The notes: generated from the sequence alone by a model not told the origin. DNA of 64,000 nt from Flavobacteriales bacterium UBA4466 (GCA_905182895.1 CAJJDD010000002.1:46620-110619); one strand, 5' to 3'. Positions 52,719-61,700 are shown, numbered from the stretch's first letter. Made by a program: numbers and translations.

Positions 52719-52788
52719 ATCTACCCGATAGTTTTCTGTAAAAGGTTTCTTGTTCATAGTGTGATCCATTTATACTACCCATAACCGA

Positions 52789-53586
52789 CTACTCCAAGCC
52801 TAGTTTCAACATCTTTATTAAGTGGTGTGAATCTTTTAGCTCTAGAAATGGATACTCAATCCTGCTCAGAAACAGGCCATTCGGAAGGGCTGGCTGCTTG
52901 TCTTTCAGTTGTTTTTTTCGCTTCAAAATCTCCTCAAATTCTTCCAAGGTCATTTTACCGCTTCCCACCTGTAATAAGAAGAAAACACAGTAGCGAACCA
53001 TACCTCTGAGGAATCCGATTACTGGTGATGGTAAACCGCAGTCGTCCCTTATCTTCATTGATGAATAATTCAGAATTCGTTACTCTGCATAACGTGTTTT
53101 TATATACATCGGGCTGTTTGCAAAGCGGTCTGAAATCTTTCGTTTCTAAGATAAGCCCCGCAGCCTTTTTCATGAGGTCGAAGTCCAATGTTAAATCCTC
53201 ATAGAACGAGCTGTAGCGAATAAGAATAGGATCCTTCTTTAAATGAATAAAATAGTCATAGGTACGAGATACAGCGCTATGTCTAGCATGTTGCTTATTG
53301 TCTACTTCAAATATTTCAAAAACAGCAATCGTATCAGGTAAATTCTTGTTTAGGCGGAACATTAAATCAAATGAAGGGTCTTCATCCAATTCTATTTGAA
53401 CCACATACTGACTAGAGTGAACACCTGCATCAGTTCTTCCACAGCCGTTTGCAGTCACTTCTTTCTTAAATACTTTAGAGAGAACATCCTCTATAACCTT
53501 CCTGTACTGTGTTTCGAGGTTTAGTTTGTCTCTGCCAACCTCTGTATGGGGTGCCGTCAAATCCTAGGTGTATGAAATAGCGCATC
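52789..53586 (-). pseudogene. truA: tRNA pseudouridine(38-40) synthase TruA, two frame breaks
   Basis: ATG at 53586 gives MRYFIHLGFDGTPYRGWQRQ. ORF 52955..53560 carries the catalytic GCGRTDAGVHS. ORF 52789..53058 carries FLRGMVRYCV...PNGLFLSRIEY. Confidence 0.85.
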
Positions 53587-53815
53587 TGTAAATTATAACA
53601 AGAGTAGGCTTAATTTTTATGAATTAGCATTAAATGGCTAAACTAATTTCAAATTATCTCTCTTTTTTCAAGGTCTTTATATACCTATCAGTTTGTGCAG
53701 TTAAACTCGGTCCTTAAGCTCATTTCAGCCAATAATATTTGGTTAAAATGAGGTTAGAAATTATGATTACCATCCAGTACAAATTTTATGAGGCACTGTT
53801 TCTATTACTATCAGC

Positions 53816-55975
53816 TTACGGTCCCGTGATAGGGTTGGCGCTCACATTAAAAGTAGGTAAGAAATTCTGGTACAATTCAGAATTAGTGATGACATCAACT
53901 GAAACAATGTTGACTAAATCATTTGGGATCTCTGCTACAGCCTCAATTGTGAATACTTTGGTGTCGTCCCAGTTTTCTGAATCCCAGTATAACATTGTTG
54001 GTGTTATTGAAACGCTGGATGCAGAGCTTATTAAGTTCACAGTCAATCCAATATCTGTTCCCTGTAGGCTTATAATGGGATCTGTTAATGTGACTGAAAC
54101 TTCATAGGTCTCTCCAATCTGAGTGAAGTTTATATTCTTAATGTCAAAGTTGATTATTTCTGTTACATCAGAATCATATTCACAAGACCCATCATCTGTA
54201 TTAGCTAAAGCATTATAGTTTGTAGCTGTAGAATCTATACAGCCTAATAAAGTTGATGTTGAACATGGAGTACCGAAAGCCCCAAGGAAGCCACCTAAGT
54301 CACTTACGTTTACATTACCGTCACCAGAAAAATCTCCAGGACACACAGAGGCTACACCAGCATCAAAAGCCTCTTGGTTGTCTGACGCTATGTCTGGGCA
54401 CTCAAATACACAAGTCCCATCATCTATCGTGACTGCCGAATCGTAGTTCGTTGCTGAGGGATAAGTACAGCCACTATTACAGGAAATAAATTCACATGAC
54501 CCATCATCACACGTTGCAACAGAATCGTAGTTACATGCCGTTGAATCTATGCACCCATTAATTAGTTGACATGAATCATCGTCATACAGCGCATCTGGGT
54601 CGAAGTTACATGCCATTGGATCCATACAACCACAAGCACTATTGTTGGCGCCGCCTTCTACATAAAAGGTTCCAATAAGAACGTCCCCGGCATTCGAATC
54701 ATCCCAGAAAAGGTCTAACAAAAAGCCTTCTGAAGATTCTACAAAAACACCTCCATAAACATTCTCCCATATCCAGCCGTCCCCATAGCTATCTGAGAGT
54801 TCGAGAGTATAAGTACCCTCAGACAATGAAATAGTTTGTCCTATTAAGTAATATCCTTCTAATTCTGGATCGCTTCCATTAACATCAAACTGGAGCTGGT
54901 CAGGAAACTCTCCATCTGCGACGATAAGACTACCATCTTCAACGTACATCAAATTAGCTATTAGATTCCCTGCTTCATCATAAATATTTGCAGATGCCTC
55001 GGCAACATAATAGTCAAACTCGTAATTGAATGACACCAACGATGGTCCAGCACATGAGCAATAATAACATGATCCATCATCGCATCCTGCGGTCGGATCA
55101 AAATTACATGCTATAGAATCAGCACAACCTGGGTAGGTGCATAATCCATCATCACAGATTGCAGCTGAATCATAGTTACACGCTGTTGAATCAGTACATC
55201 CATCAGGCAATACACATGATCCATCATCGCAACCTGCGGCTGGGTCATAGTTACACGCTGTTAAATCAGTGCATCCATCAGGCAATACACATGATCCATC
55301 ATCGCAACCTGCGGCTGGGTCATAGTTACACGCTGTTAAATCAGTGCATCCTGGATAGGTGCATAACCCATCATCACAAGTTGCTGCTGAATCATAGTTA
55401 CACGCTGTTAAATCAGTGCATCCATCAGGCAATACACATGATCCATCATCGCAACCTGCGAATAAATTGTAGTTGCATGCTGCAACATTGTTACACCCAG
55501 GATAGGTGCAAAAGCCATTATCTATAGTTGCTTGTGCATTGAAGTTACACGCAGTCATATCAGTACATCCTAAATTAGGGTCACAGTTTTCAGTTGTGTA
55601 AGGATTAAAATTTGGATCTAAACTTTGCCACATGCCACACTGGTTGATTACACCCAAATTTTCAACCACCCCTAGATTAATCACGTCCCCGTTATTATCT
55701 ACAGATCCAGTTGGCTCATTTACAACCGCACCCGAATCATGGATCAAAAAATACCCCTCATTATCAATGAAACCATCATTATAAATAAATCCAAAATTTT
55801 CAATACTCGCATAATTCTCTATGACTCCTGATAAGTTGATGATACTACCATCAGGTTGAATCTCAATTATCGCAGTTCCATAAGCTGATATATTCCCAAT
55901 GTTTTCAATGGTTCCGGTGACAACTATAGATGCTTCATTAACAAGTGTTGCATTCGTTGTGCAAGGTGTAATCAA
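53816..55975 (-). CDS. Block 3 of the Cys-rich modular secreted-protein locus
   Basis: It has no signal peptide or ATG of its own; the track start is a TTG right after a stop cluster. Order of elements: xGxIxN beta-helix-like repeats, QCGMW, seven 23-25-aa C-T-D-x-T-A-C-N-Y-D...C-D-D-G-S-C units, a SYGDGW module, four more Cys units, a dockerin-like CPGDFSGDGNVNVSDLGGFLGAFGT, and a Cys-free tail. There is no T9SS CTD. Confidence 0.65.
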   Translation of the reverse strand: MITPCTTNATLVNEASIVVTGTIENIGNISAYGTAIIEIQPDGSIINLSGVIENYASIENFGFIYNDGFIDNEGYFLIHDSGAVVNEPTGSVDNNGDVINLGVVENLGVINQCGMWQSLDPNFNPYTTENCDPNLGCTDMTACNFNAQATIDNGFCTYPGCNNVAACNYNLFAGCDDGSCVLPDGCTDLTACNYDSAATCDDGLCTYPGCTDLTACNYDPAAGCDDGSCVLPDGCTDLTACNYDPAAGCDDGSCVLPDGCTDSTACNYDSAAICDDGLCTYPGCADSIACNFDPTAGCDDGSCYYCSCAGPSLVSFNYEFDYYVAEASANIYDEAGNLIANLMYVEDGSLIVADGEFPDQLQFDVNGSDPELEGYYLIGQTISLSEGTYTLELSDSYGDGWIWENVYGGVFVESSEGFLLDLFWDDSNAGDVLIGTFYVEGGANNSACGCMDPMACNFDPDALYDDDSCQLINGCIDSTACNYDSVATCDDGSCEFISCNSGCTYPSATNYDSAVTIDDGTCVFECPDIASDNQEAFDAGVASVCPGDFSGDGNVNVSDLGGFLGAFGTPCSTSTLLGCIDSTATNYNALANTDDGSCEYDSDVTEIINFDIKNINFTQIGETYEVSVTLTDPIISLQGTDIGLTVNLISSASSVSITPTMLYWDSENWDDTKVFTIEAVAEIPNDLVNIVSVDVITNSELYQNFLPTFNVSANPITGP
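55058..55570. repeat. Array of seven 69-75-bp coding repeats (CxDxxACNYDxxAxCDDGxC units)
   Basis: Hand-counted from aa 136-305 of the block 3 translation. Confidence 0.9.
55201..55350. repeat. Two base-for-base identical 75-bp tandem units
   Basis: 55201-55275 equals 55276-55350 (CATCAGGCAATACACATGATCC...AATCAGTGCATC), read directly. Confidence 0.95.
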
Positions 55976-55996
55976 TGTCTAAACCATCCCTTATAA

Positions 55997-56839
55997 TCAC
56001 ATTTGATCCAATTGAACAGTAGCATCGTTCCCCGGACCGGGAAATCCATTATCCCAGTTACCTTCAGTGTGCCAGTCTGAACTTATGACACCGGTAAAAA
56101 TGGTTCCGCCAGTTCCTCCTGAACAACTTGGGTTTGATGCACAATCTGGGTCGTCGCAGTCTATCAGTCCATCACCTTCATTATCTATACCGTCTGCACA
56201 ATCGCATTCGTAAAGGGTACAATCAACGCATTCAGAGGCAGATACACAATCTGAATCGTTACAGTCTATCTGTCCATCACCATCATTGTCTATACCGTCT
56301 GCACAATCGCATTCGTAAGCAATGCAATCGACACATTCAGGGGCAGATGCACAATCTGGATCGTCACAGTCTATTAGTCCATCACCTTCATTATCTATAC
56401 CGTCTGCACAATCACATTCGTAAAGGGTACAATCAATTTCATTCTGGCAAGCGGCAGTTTCCAAAGGATTTCCATTTGGATCTGAACCATTCCAAAAACC
56501 GCATTGGTTGATGAGCCCACTATTTTCAACAGCCCCATCATTAAAAACCTCCCCACTGTTATCTATAAATCCTGTTGGCTCATTTACAACCGCACCCGAA
56601 TCATGGATCAAAAAATACCCCTCATTATCAATGAAACCATCATTATAAATAAATCCATCATTATAAATACTCGCATAATTAGAAATGACTCCTGATAAGT
56701 TGATGATACTACCACTTGGTTGAATCTCAATTAGCGCAGTTCCATAAGCTGATATATTCCCAATGTTTTCAATGGTTCCGGTGACAACTATAGATGCTTC
56801 ATTAACAAGTGTTGCTTTCGTTGTGCAAGGTGTAATCAA
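55997..56839 (-). CDS. Block 2 of the Cys-rich modular locus
   Basis: TTG-initiated ORF in the same frame as blocks 1 and 3. Order of elements: xGxIxN repeats, QCGFW, three 35-aa CxxYECDCADGIDN(D/E)GDGxIDCxDxxC units, then SGGTGGTIFTGVISSDWHTEGNWDNGFPGPGNDATV and stop. Confidence 0.6.
   Translation of the reverse strand: MITPCTTKATLVNEASIVVTGTIENIGNISAYGTALIEIQPSGSIINLSGVISNYASIYNDGFIYNDGFIDNEGYFLIHDSGAVVNEPTGFIDNSGEVFNDGAVENSGLINQCGFWNGSDPNGNPLETAACQNEIDCTLYECDCADGIDNEGDGLIDCDDPDCASAPECVDCIAYECDCADGIDNDGDGQIDCNDSDCVSASECVDCTLYECDCADGIDNEGDGLIDCDDPDCASNPSCSGGTGGTIFTGVISSDWHTEGNWDNGFPGPGNDATVQLDQM
56117..56431. repeat. Three 105-bp coding repeats (35-aa Asp/Cys-rich calcium-binding-like units); a second set lies at 56981..57295
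   Basis: The period of 105 was measured on CGTCTGCACA landmarks (56191, 56296, 56401). Confidence 0.9.
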
Positions 56840-56860
56840 TGTCTAAACCATCCCTTATAA

Positions 56861-58573
56861 TCACATTTGATCCAATTGAACAGTAGCATCGTTCCCCGGA
56901 CCGGGAAATCCATTATCCCAGTTACCTTCAGTGTGCCAGTCTGAACTTATGACACCGGTAAAAATGGTTCCGCCAGTTCCTCCTGAACAACTTGGGTTTG
57001 ATGCACAATCTGGGTCGTCGCAGTCTATCAGTCCATCACCCTCATTATCTATACCGTCTGCACAATCGCATTCGTAAAGGGTACAATCAACGCATTCAGA
57101 GGCAGATACACAATCTGAATCGTTACAGTCTATCTGTCCATCACCATCATTGTCTATACCGTCTGCACAATCGCATTCGTAAGCAATGCAATCGACACAT
57201 TCAGGGGCAGATGCACAATTTGAATCGTCACAGTCTATCTGTCCATCACCATCATTGTCTATACCGTCTGCACAATCACATTCGTAAAGAATACAATCCT
57301 CGCCATCTTCACCTGTGCAAGATCCCCAAGATCCCCAAGAACCATTTGCGCAGGTTCTCGTTTGCGTTCCGCTATTATTGTTTCCGCAGGCTATTGTTTC
57401 TTGAGAGCCATTTGTGCAAACATCTGGGTCATTACAACTTCCCCAAGCTCCGCTTGTGCAGGTTTGAGTTCCGTTGTTGTTTAAACCGCAAGCTTGTGTT
57501 GCGCCTTCTGTACAATCAGAATTTTCATCAATTTCACTATCACAGTCATCATCAATATCGTTGTTTGGTATTTCGATCGCTCCCGGATATATAGTATCGT
57601 CACTGTCGTTGCAATCTAAATCTGAGTAGTATCCATCTCCCAATCATGTTCCATCCTGATTCTAAGTCTCTACTTAAACACCATTTATCTATGGTATTCT
57701 CAACACAATCACCAATTGAATATATGCAAGACCCATCGTCTACTTCTTGCAGTCGAATCGTAGTTCGTAGCAGCTGAATAGGTACAACCAGCGCAAGAAG
57801 TAAACTCACAAGAACTGTCGTCGATTGTTGCAGTGGCATCGTAGTTACATGCCGTAGTATCTGTACAACCTGGCCCAGCACATGGTGTGTAGAGGTTAAA
57901 TATTGGATCGCCTCCACCCCAGAAGCCGCATTGGTTGATGGTCCCGCTCGTTCTCGATGGTCCCGTCGTTATTGATGCTCCCGCCGTGTTGTCGATGGTC
58001 CCGTGTTGTTGATTTCCCGAGTGTTGACATCCCGCCGTTATTGATGCTCCCGCCGTTGTTGTTGTTGATATTCCCGAAGTTGTTGAAGATGCCCCCGTAG
58101 TTGACGATGGTCCCGAAGTTGTTGAAGATGCCCCCGTTGTTGAAGATGCCCCCGTTGTTGTCGATGGTCCCGTCGTTGTCGATGGTCCCGTCGTTATAGA
58201 TGGTCCCGCCGTCGTTGAAGATGGTCCCGCTCGTTGATGATGGTCCCGCCGTCGTTGTAGATGGTCCCGTCAGTTGGTAGATGGCCCGCCGTTCTCGATG
58301 GTCCCGTAGTTGTTGATATTCCCGTAGTTGTAGATGGTCCCGCTGTGAGATTTCGATTGATGATTCCCGTCGTTGAAGATGTCCCATCCGTATGATAACA
58401 GTGGATCCAGAGGGAATAGTGGCGTCATTGCCCATGGCAGGAAGCCCATTGTCCCAGTTTCCAGCCTCAGCCCAATCGTAACTTATGACACCCGTAAAGG
58501 TGGTTTGAGAGAGGGCTTCTGTCGTAAATAAGATTGTAAAAATCAATAATATAAATGCAAATAATTTTTTCAT
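56861..58573 (-). pseudogene. Block 1 of the Cys-rich modular locus; the only block with a start and signal peptide, and heavily frame-scrambled
   Basis: ATG at 58573 (MKKLFAFILLIFTILFTTEALSQ), then TTFTGVISYDWAEAGNWDNGLPAMGNDATIPSGSTVII. GTIxNxG heptad repeats follow and need several frame changes. Next come QCGFWGGGDP, two CTDTTACNYD-type units, a MopE-like DGYYSDLDCNDSDDTIYPGAIEIPNNDIDDDCD, a WGSWGSC segment and three 35-aa units. Pieces in the ORF track: 57896..58594, 57600..57917 and 56861..57643. Confidence 0.6.
57931..58390. repeat. GC-rich ~21-nt repeats (GATGGTCCCGxCGTTGTTGAx on the plus strand; GTIxNxG on the minus strand)
   Basis: Read directly. More than 15 units contain GATGGTCCCG or GATGCCCCCG. 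Confidence 0.85.
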
Positions 58574-58642
58574 TACGGGATTGTTTGAGAGCAACTATTA
58601 AGTTACAATTTAAATAAGTCTAATCTATTAGATTTCATTCAA

Positions 58643-58650
58643 CAAAAATA
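58643..58650 (-). promoter_or_regulatory. Candidate -7 box (TAttTTTG) for the modular locus
   Basis: The reverse complement of CAAAAATA is TATTTTTG, about 70 nt upstream of ATG 58573. Confidence 0.25.
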
Positions 58651-58781
58651 TATGGAATGTTTTCCACGCTCAAATGCAAATACGGAATAGGCCCCGATTA
58701 GTTGCGTTTACTCTAGTATAACTTCTTGAAACTTTAAATTTCATATTTCTGTCTTTTCTTTTTAGTAACCTCGATTATATC

Positions 58782-61700
58782 TTAATCAATCAATATCTCA
58801 TCTACAAAAATCCATGGAGTTTCTCCTGCGCTTATATGCCAGCTTGGCATAGGACCCCAATTAACTGCCTTTACTCTTACATAGCGCGCTAGAGTGAATA
58901 TTTCTGCTCCTGCTAATCCATGTTCCACATCTTCTTCTAGTGGCTCTAAAGAGAATGTAATGCTGGAGTATGGCTCCCAGATTTCTTTGTCTGCAGAAGT
59001 TTCTATTACTACTGCGCTTGGTGGGAAAATCCAAGGCTTGGTATCTTTTAAGTAGCTGAGGTGAATAGATGATATGGCTGTTTTAGCTCCCAAATCCACT
59101 ATGGCGTTTAGGTCTTCTCCCCAGTACCCTTGGAAATCACCGCTTTTATAATCAGGCCTAGATCTTATTCCATCTATCAGCGCCATGTCTCCACCACCAG
59201 TGTATTGATTGTTATACTCAGAGAAAAGTTCTATGGCCCAGTCGGCTTTTCTTTTTATAACTATAGCTTTCACTATTCCGCTAGCAGAGGCCACTTGTTT
59301 TTGGCTCCTAGCTTCTATCGTCATGGATTCATTTATGTTAAATGGCTCGGTATATAATTCCCAATCAGTCGTATCTATTACTGCAGTAGTTCTATACTCT
59401 GTCCGTGCTCCTTTTTCAGAAGAGATGGTCACGGTAGTTTCATCTAGAAAACTTCTCTCAACAGTAATGGTGGGAGCCATGGTAATATCAAAACCATCTA
59501 TTTTAGAGGTAGGGCGGTTTGTTTGGTGCCGTTCCCCATGATTGTATTTGGGACTAGGGGACAGTTCAAATGACAAGATGCTCCGCCTTCCATAATCATA
59601 TCATGAGTGATGTATGAGTTTGGCCAGTCGGCTCCGTTATACCTCACGCTAGAGATATACCTTCTTTTCTCTTTAGGGGCTATTTCTTCTAGTTCCATCT
59701 CCAGCATAGAAGTAGAGATAGAAAACGTATTTCCGTTTTCTAGATGAATGGCAGCACTGTCTATAATAGGCGCGCTCAGGGCATATTCCCTGCTTCCTGG
59801 AGTTACAGAGTATATTCCCATAGCAGAGAGTACGTACCAGCTGCTCATCTGGCCGCAGTCTTCATTTCCACTGAGACCATCGGGAGTAGGAGAGTAAAGG
59901 TCCCTTAAAATTTCTTGAGTTCTGTACTGCGTTTTCCATGGCTGTCCAGAGTAATTATATAAGTAGGCCATGTGATGGCTAGGCTCATTTCCATGGGCGT
60001 ATTGGCCTATTAAACCGGTAATATCTGGCTGGTGTCTTCCTGCTAAATCCATAGGGGCTGTAAAGAGTTTATCTAGCAGTTCATTGAATCTTTTCTCGCC
60101 TCCTACATGGGTTATTAATCCATCCACATCTTGAGGAACGAAGAAGCTGTACTGGTAAGAATTGGCTTCTGTAAAATTGAAATTTACCTCAGAAGGATCG
60201 AACGGTGAAATCCAATCTCCATTTCTCTTGGCTCTGCAGTAACCAATTTCTCCATCTATAGTATTTCTATAATTCTGTGCACTTCTGTAATAGGTCTCTG
60301 CCACTTCCATGTTTCCTAGCGCTTCAGCAAAAATGGCTATGCACCAGTCGTTATAGGCATACTCTAAGTTCTTAGACACAGATTCTCCTTCATCTTCCAT
60401 AGAGATATATCCTTTCTCTCTAAAATGCTCTTTTCCGAATTCTACTGCTTCTGAGGTTTTTACCATGGCTTCCAACGCCTTCTGCGTATCGAAATCAGTA
60501 ATCCCCTTCATGTATGCGTCTACTATTACAGGCACAGCATTATACCCTATCATGCAGTGCGTGTAATTTCCTGCGAGCTCCCACATTGGGAGGTCTCCTC
60601 CCTGATCGTACATCTTCAGAAATGAGTGTATGAAATCTTTAGTTTTATCTCTCTGCGTAATGGTGTAAAGTGGGTGCGAAGCTCTAAATGTATCCCATAG
60701 AGAAAATACCGTGTACTGCTCATGGTCAGTGGCAGAGTGTGTTTCCATATCCACGCCTCTGTATCTTCCGTCTACATCTGTAAACGTATTCGGTACGGTG
60801 TAGGAGTGATAAAGTGCCGTGTAGAAATTTTGTAGTATGGCAGTGTCCTGCGTTGCAATATCTATTTTGCTCAATTCCTCTAACCACGCTTTTTTAGCCG
60901 CTGTTTTATATCTCCCAAAATCCCAATGCGGAGCTTCTGTTTTTAAGTTTTGCAACAAACTTTCAATATCTACTGGTGAAAGTTTTTCTTTTACATTAAA
61001 TCAGCTCCTTGATTAAAGACTAGCGGGAACACAGGAACCATCTCTTGGTAATTTCTGATTTCTCCATTATCCAGTTCCTCATAAACGATTTCGAAGGTCT
61101 GATCTGTATAGGTAAATGGTCTGGAAAACTCTGCTACGAAGTAAACATGCTGTTCTTCTGCCCATTCTTTAGAAACTCTCATTCCGGCTACAGTAGAATC
61201 ATTCAACGGATAAAATTGATATTCAATTAGCGGGTCTCTGTGTGCTAAATCTATAAATACAGTGAAACTATCAGCTTGATTAGTTAAGTGGTATTTGTGA
61301 ATTCCCACTCTGGTGGTAGTCGTTAATTCGGTTTCTATATTCTGGTCATCCAGAAAAACAGAGTAGTATCCAGGAGAGGCTTTTTCAGTTTCTTTTCGGA
61401 ATGCACTTCTGTACCTCTCCCCCCAGTTTTTTCCTTGATGCACAGCGCTATTTGTAGGCGACAGAAGAACATCACCATAATCAGAGATTCCAGTTCCCTG
61501 CAGGTGTGTGTGACTGAATCCGTATATCAAAGAATCTGAATCATGGTATCCACCGCAGCCATCCCATCCCGTAAGCCGCGTGTCTGGACTTAACTGCACC
61601 ATCCCGAATGGCATAGTAGCTCCTGGGTAAGTATGGCCGTGACCTCCAGTTCCTACGAATGGATTTACGAAGTCACATACGGTAGGTTCTTCTAGAAGTT

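Larger units (their letters stand above)
55567..57295. repeat. Two tandem copies of an 864-bp (288-codon) unit
   Basis: ATCAATGTCT at 55971 recurs at 56835. CGTCTGCACA at 56191, 56296 and 56401 recurs at 57055, 57160 and 57265. The central ~380 bp is near-identical by eye and the edges are more diverged. Confidence 0.9.

Noticed and set aside
3695-52769. Many other antisense or overlapping track ORFs: 3695..4015, 5969..6160, 7115..7429, 12087..12344, 12551..12766, 12880..13125, 13056..13292, 13306..13500, 13713..13955, 15731..16081, 17305..17490, 19407..19646, 23167..23364, 24595..24828, 27857..28129, 28296..28529, 29932..30231, 30899..31102, 31247..31450, 31793..32008, 37309..37509, 38355..38558, 38694..38996, 39349..39573, 39646..39918, 41591..42079, 41770..42198, 42369..42584, 42951..44041, 48912..49190, 51420..51863, 52067..52294 and 52509..52769.
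   Set aside because: Each is embedded opposite to or out of frame with a longer ORF that has clear family signatures. Their sequences are low-complexity or hydrophobic noise typical of AT-rich shadow ORFs.
53739-54107. ORF 53739..54107 (+) as a gene between truA and the modular locus.
   Set aside because: Most of it overlaps the 3' end of block 3 on the opposite strand, and it has no recognisable features. It is a shadow ORF.
55979-56863. Stop-codon reassignment or programmed read-through as an explanation for the TGA/TAA/TAG clusters.
   Set aside because: All three stop codons are used as ordinary terminators by well-conserved genes elsewhere in this window (for example TAA for recR-neighbour genes, TAG for rarA and TGA for the first peroxidase). 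No known code reassigns all three. The adjacent-frame reading gives a sensible domain continuation.
55058-57295. Regularly spaced 75-bp and 105-bp repeats could be mistaken for a CRISPR array.
   Set aside because: The units are contiguous with no unique spacers. They keep an open reading frame with conserved Cys/Asp positions, and they are far longer than CRISPR repeats. They are coding tandem repeats.
55159-57594. Plus-strand ORFs 55159..55527, 56128..56511, 56504..56695 and 56992..57594 encode odd His/Arg/Leu-rich repeats (HNLNRYSLSVHHHHCLYRLHNRIRK...).
   Set aside because: They are the antisense reading of the Cys/Asp-rich coding repeats on the minus strand. They are periodic only because the sense strand is periodic, and they have no starts in sensible context. 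They are mirror-image artefacts.
12958-60855. The 9-mer TTGCAACGC/GCGTTGCAA seemed frequent: seen at about 12960, 13321, 15166-15177, 19463, 23213, 26263, 32199, 43697 and 60847. That could hint at an uptake, Chi-like or methylation motif.
   Set aside because: Most coding occurrences simply encode Ala-Leu-Gln in the sense direction. I cannot compute an expected frequency by eye, and my sampling was biased by having noticed the palindrome first. A proper k-mer enrichment test is needed before any claim.
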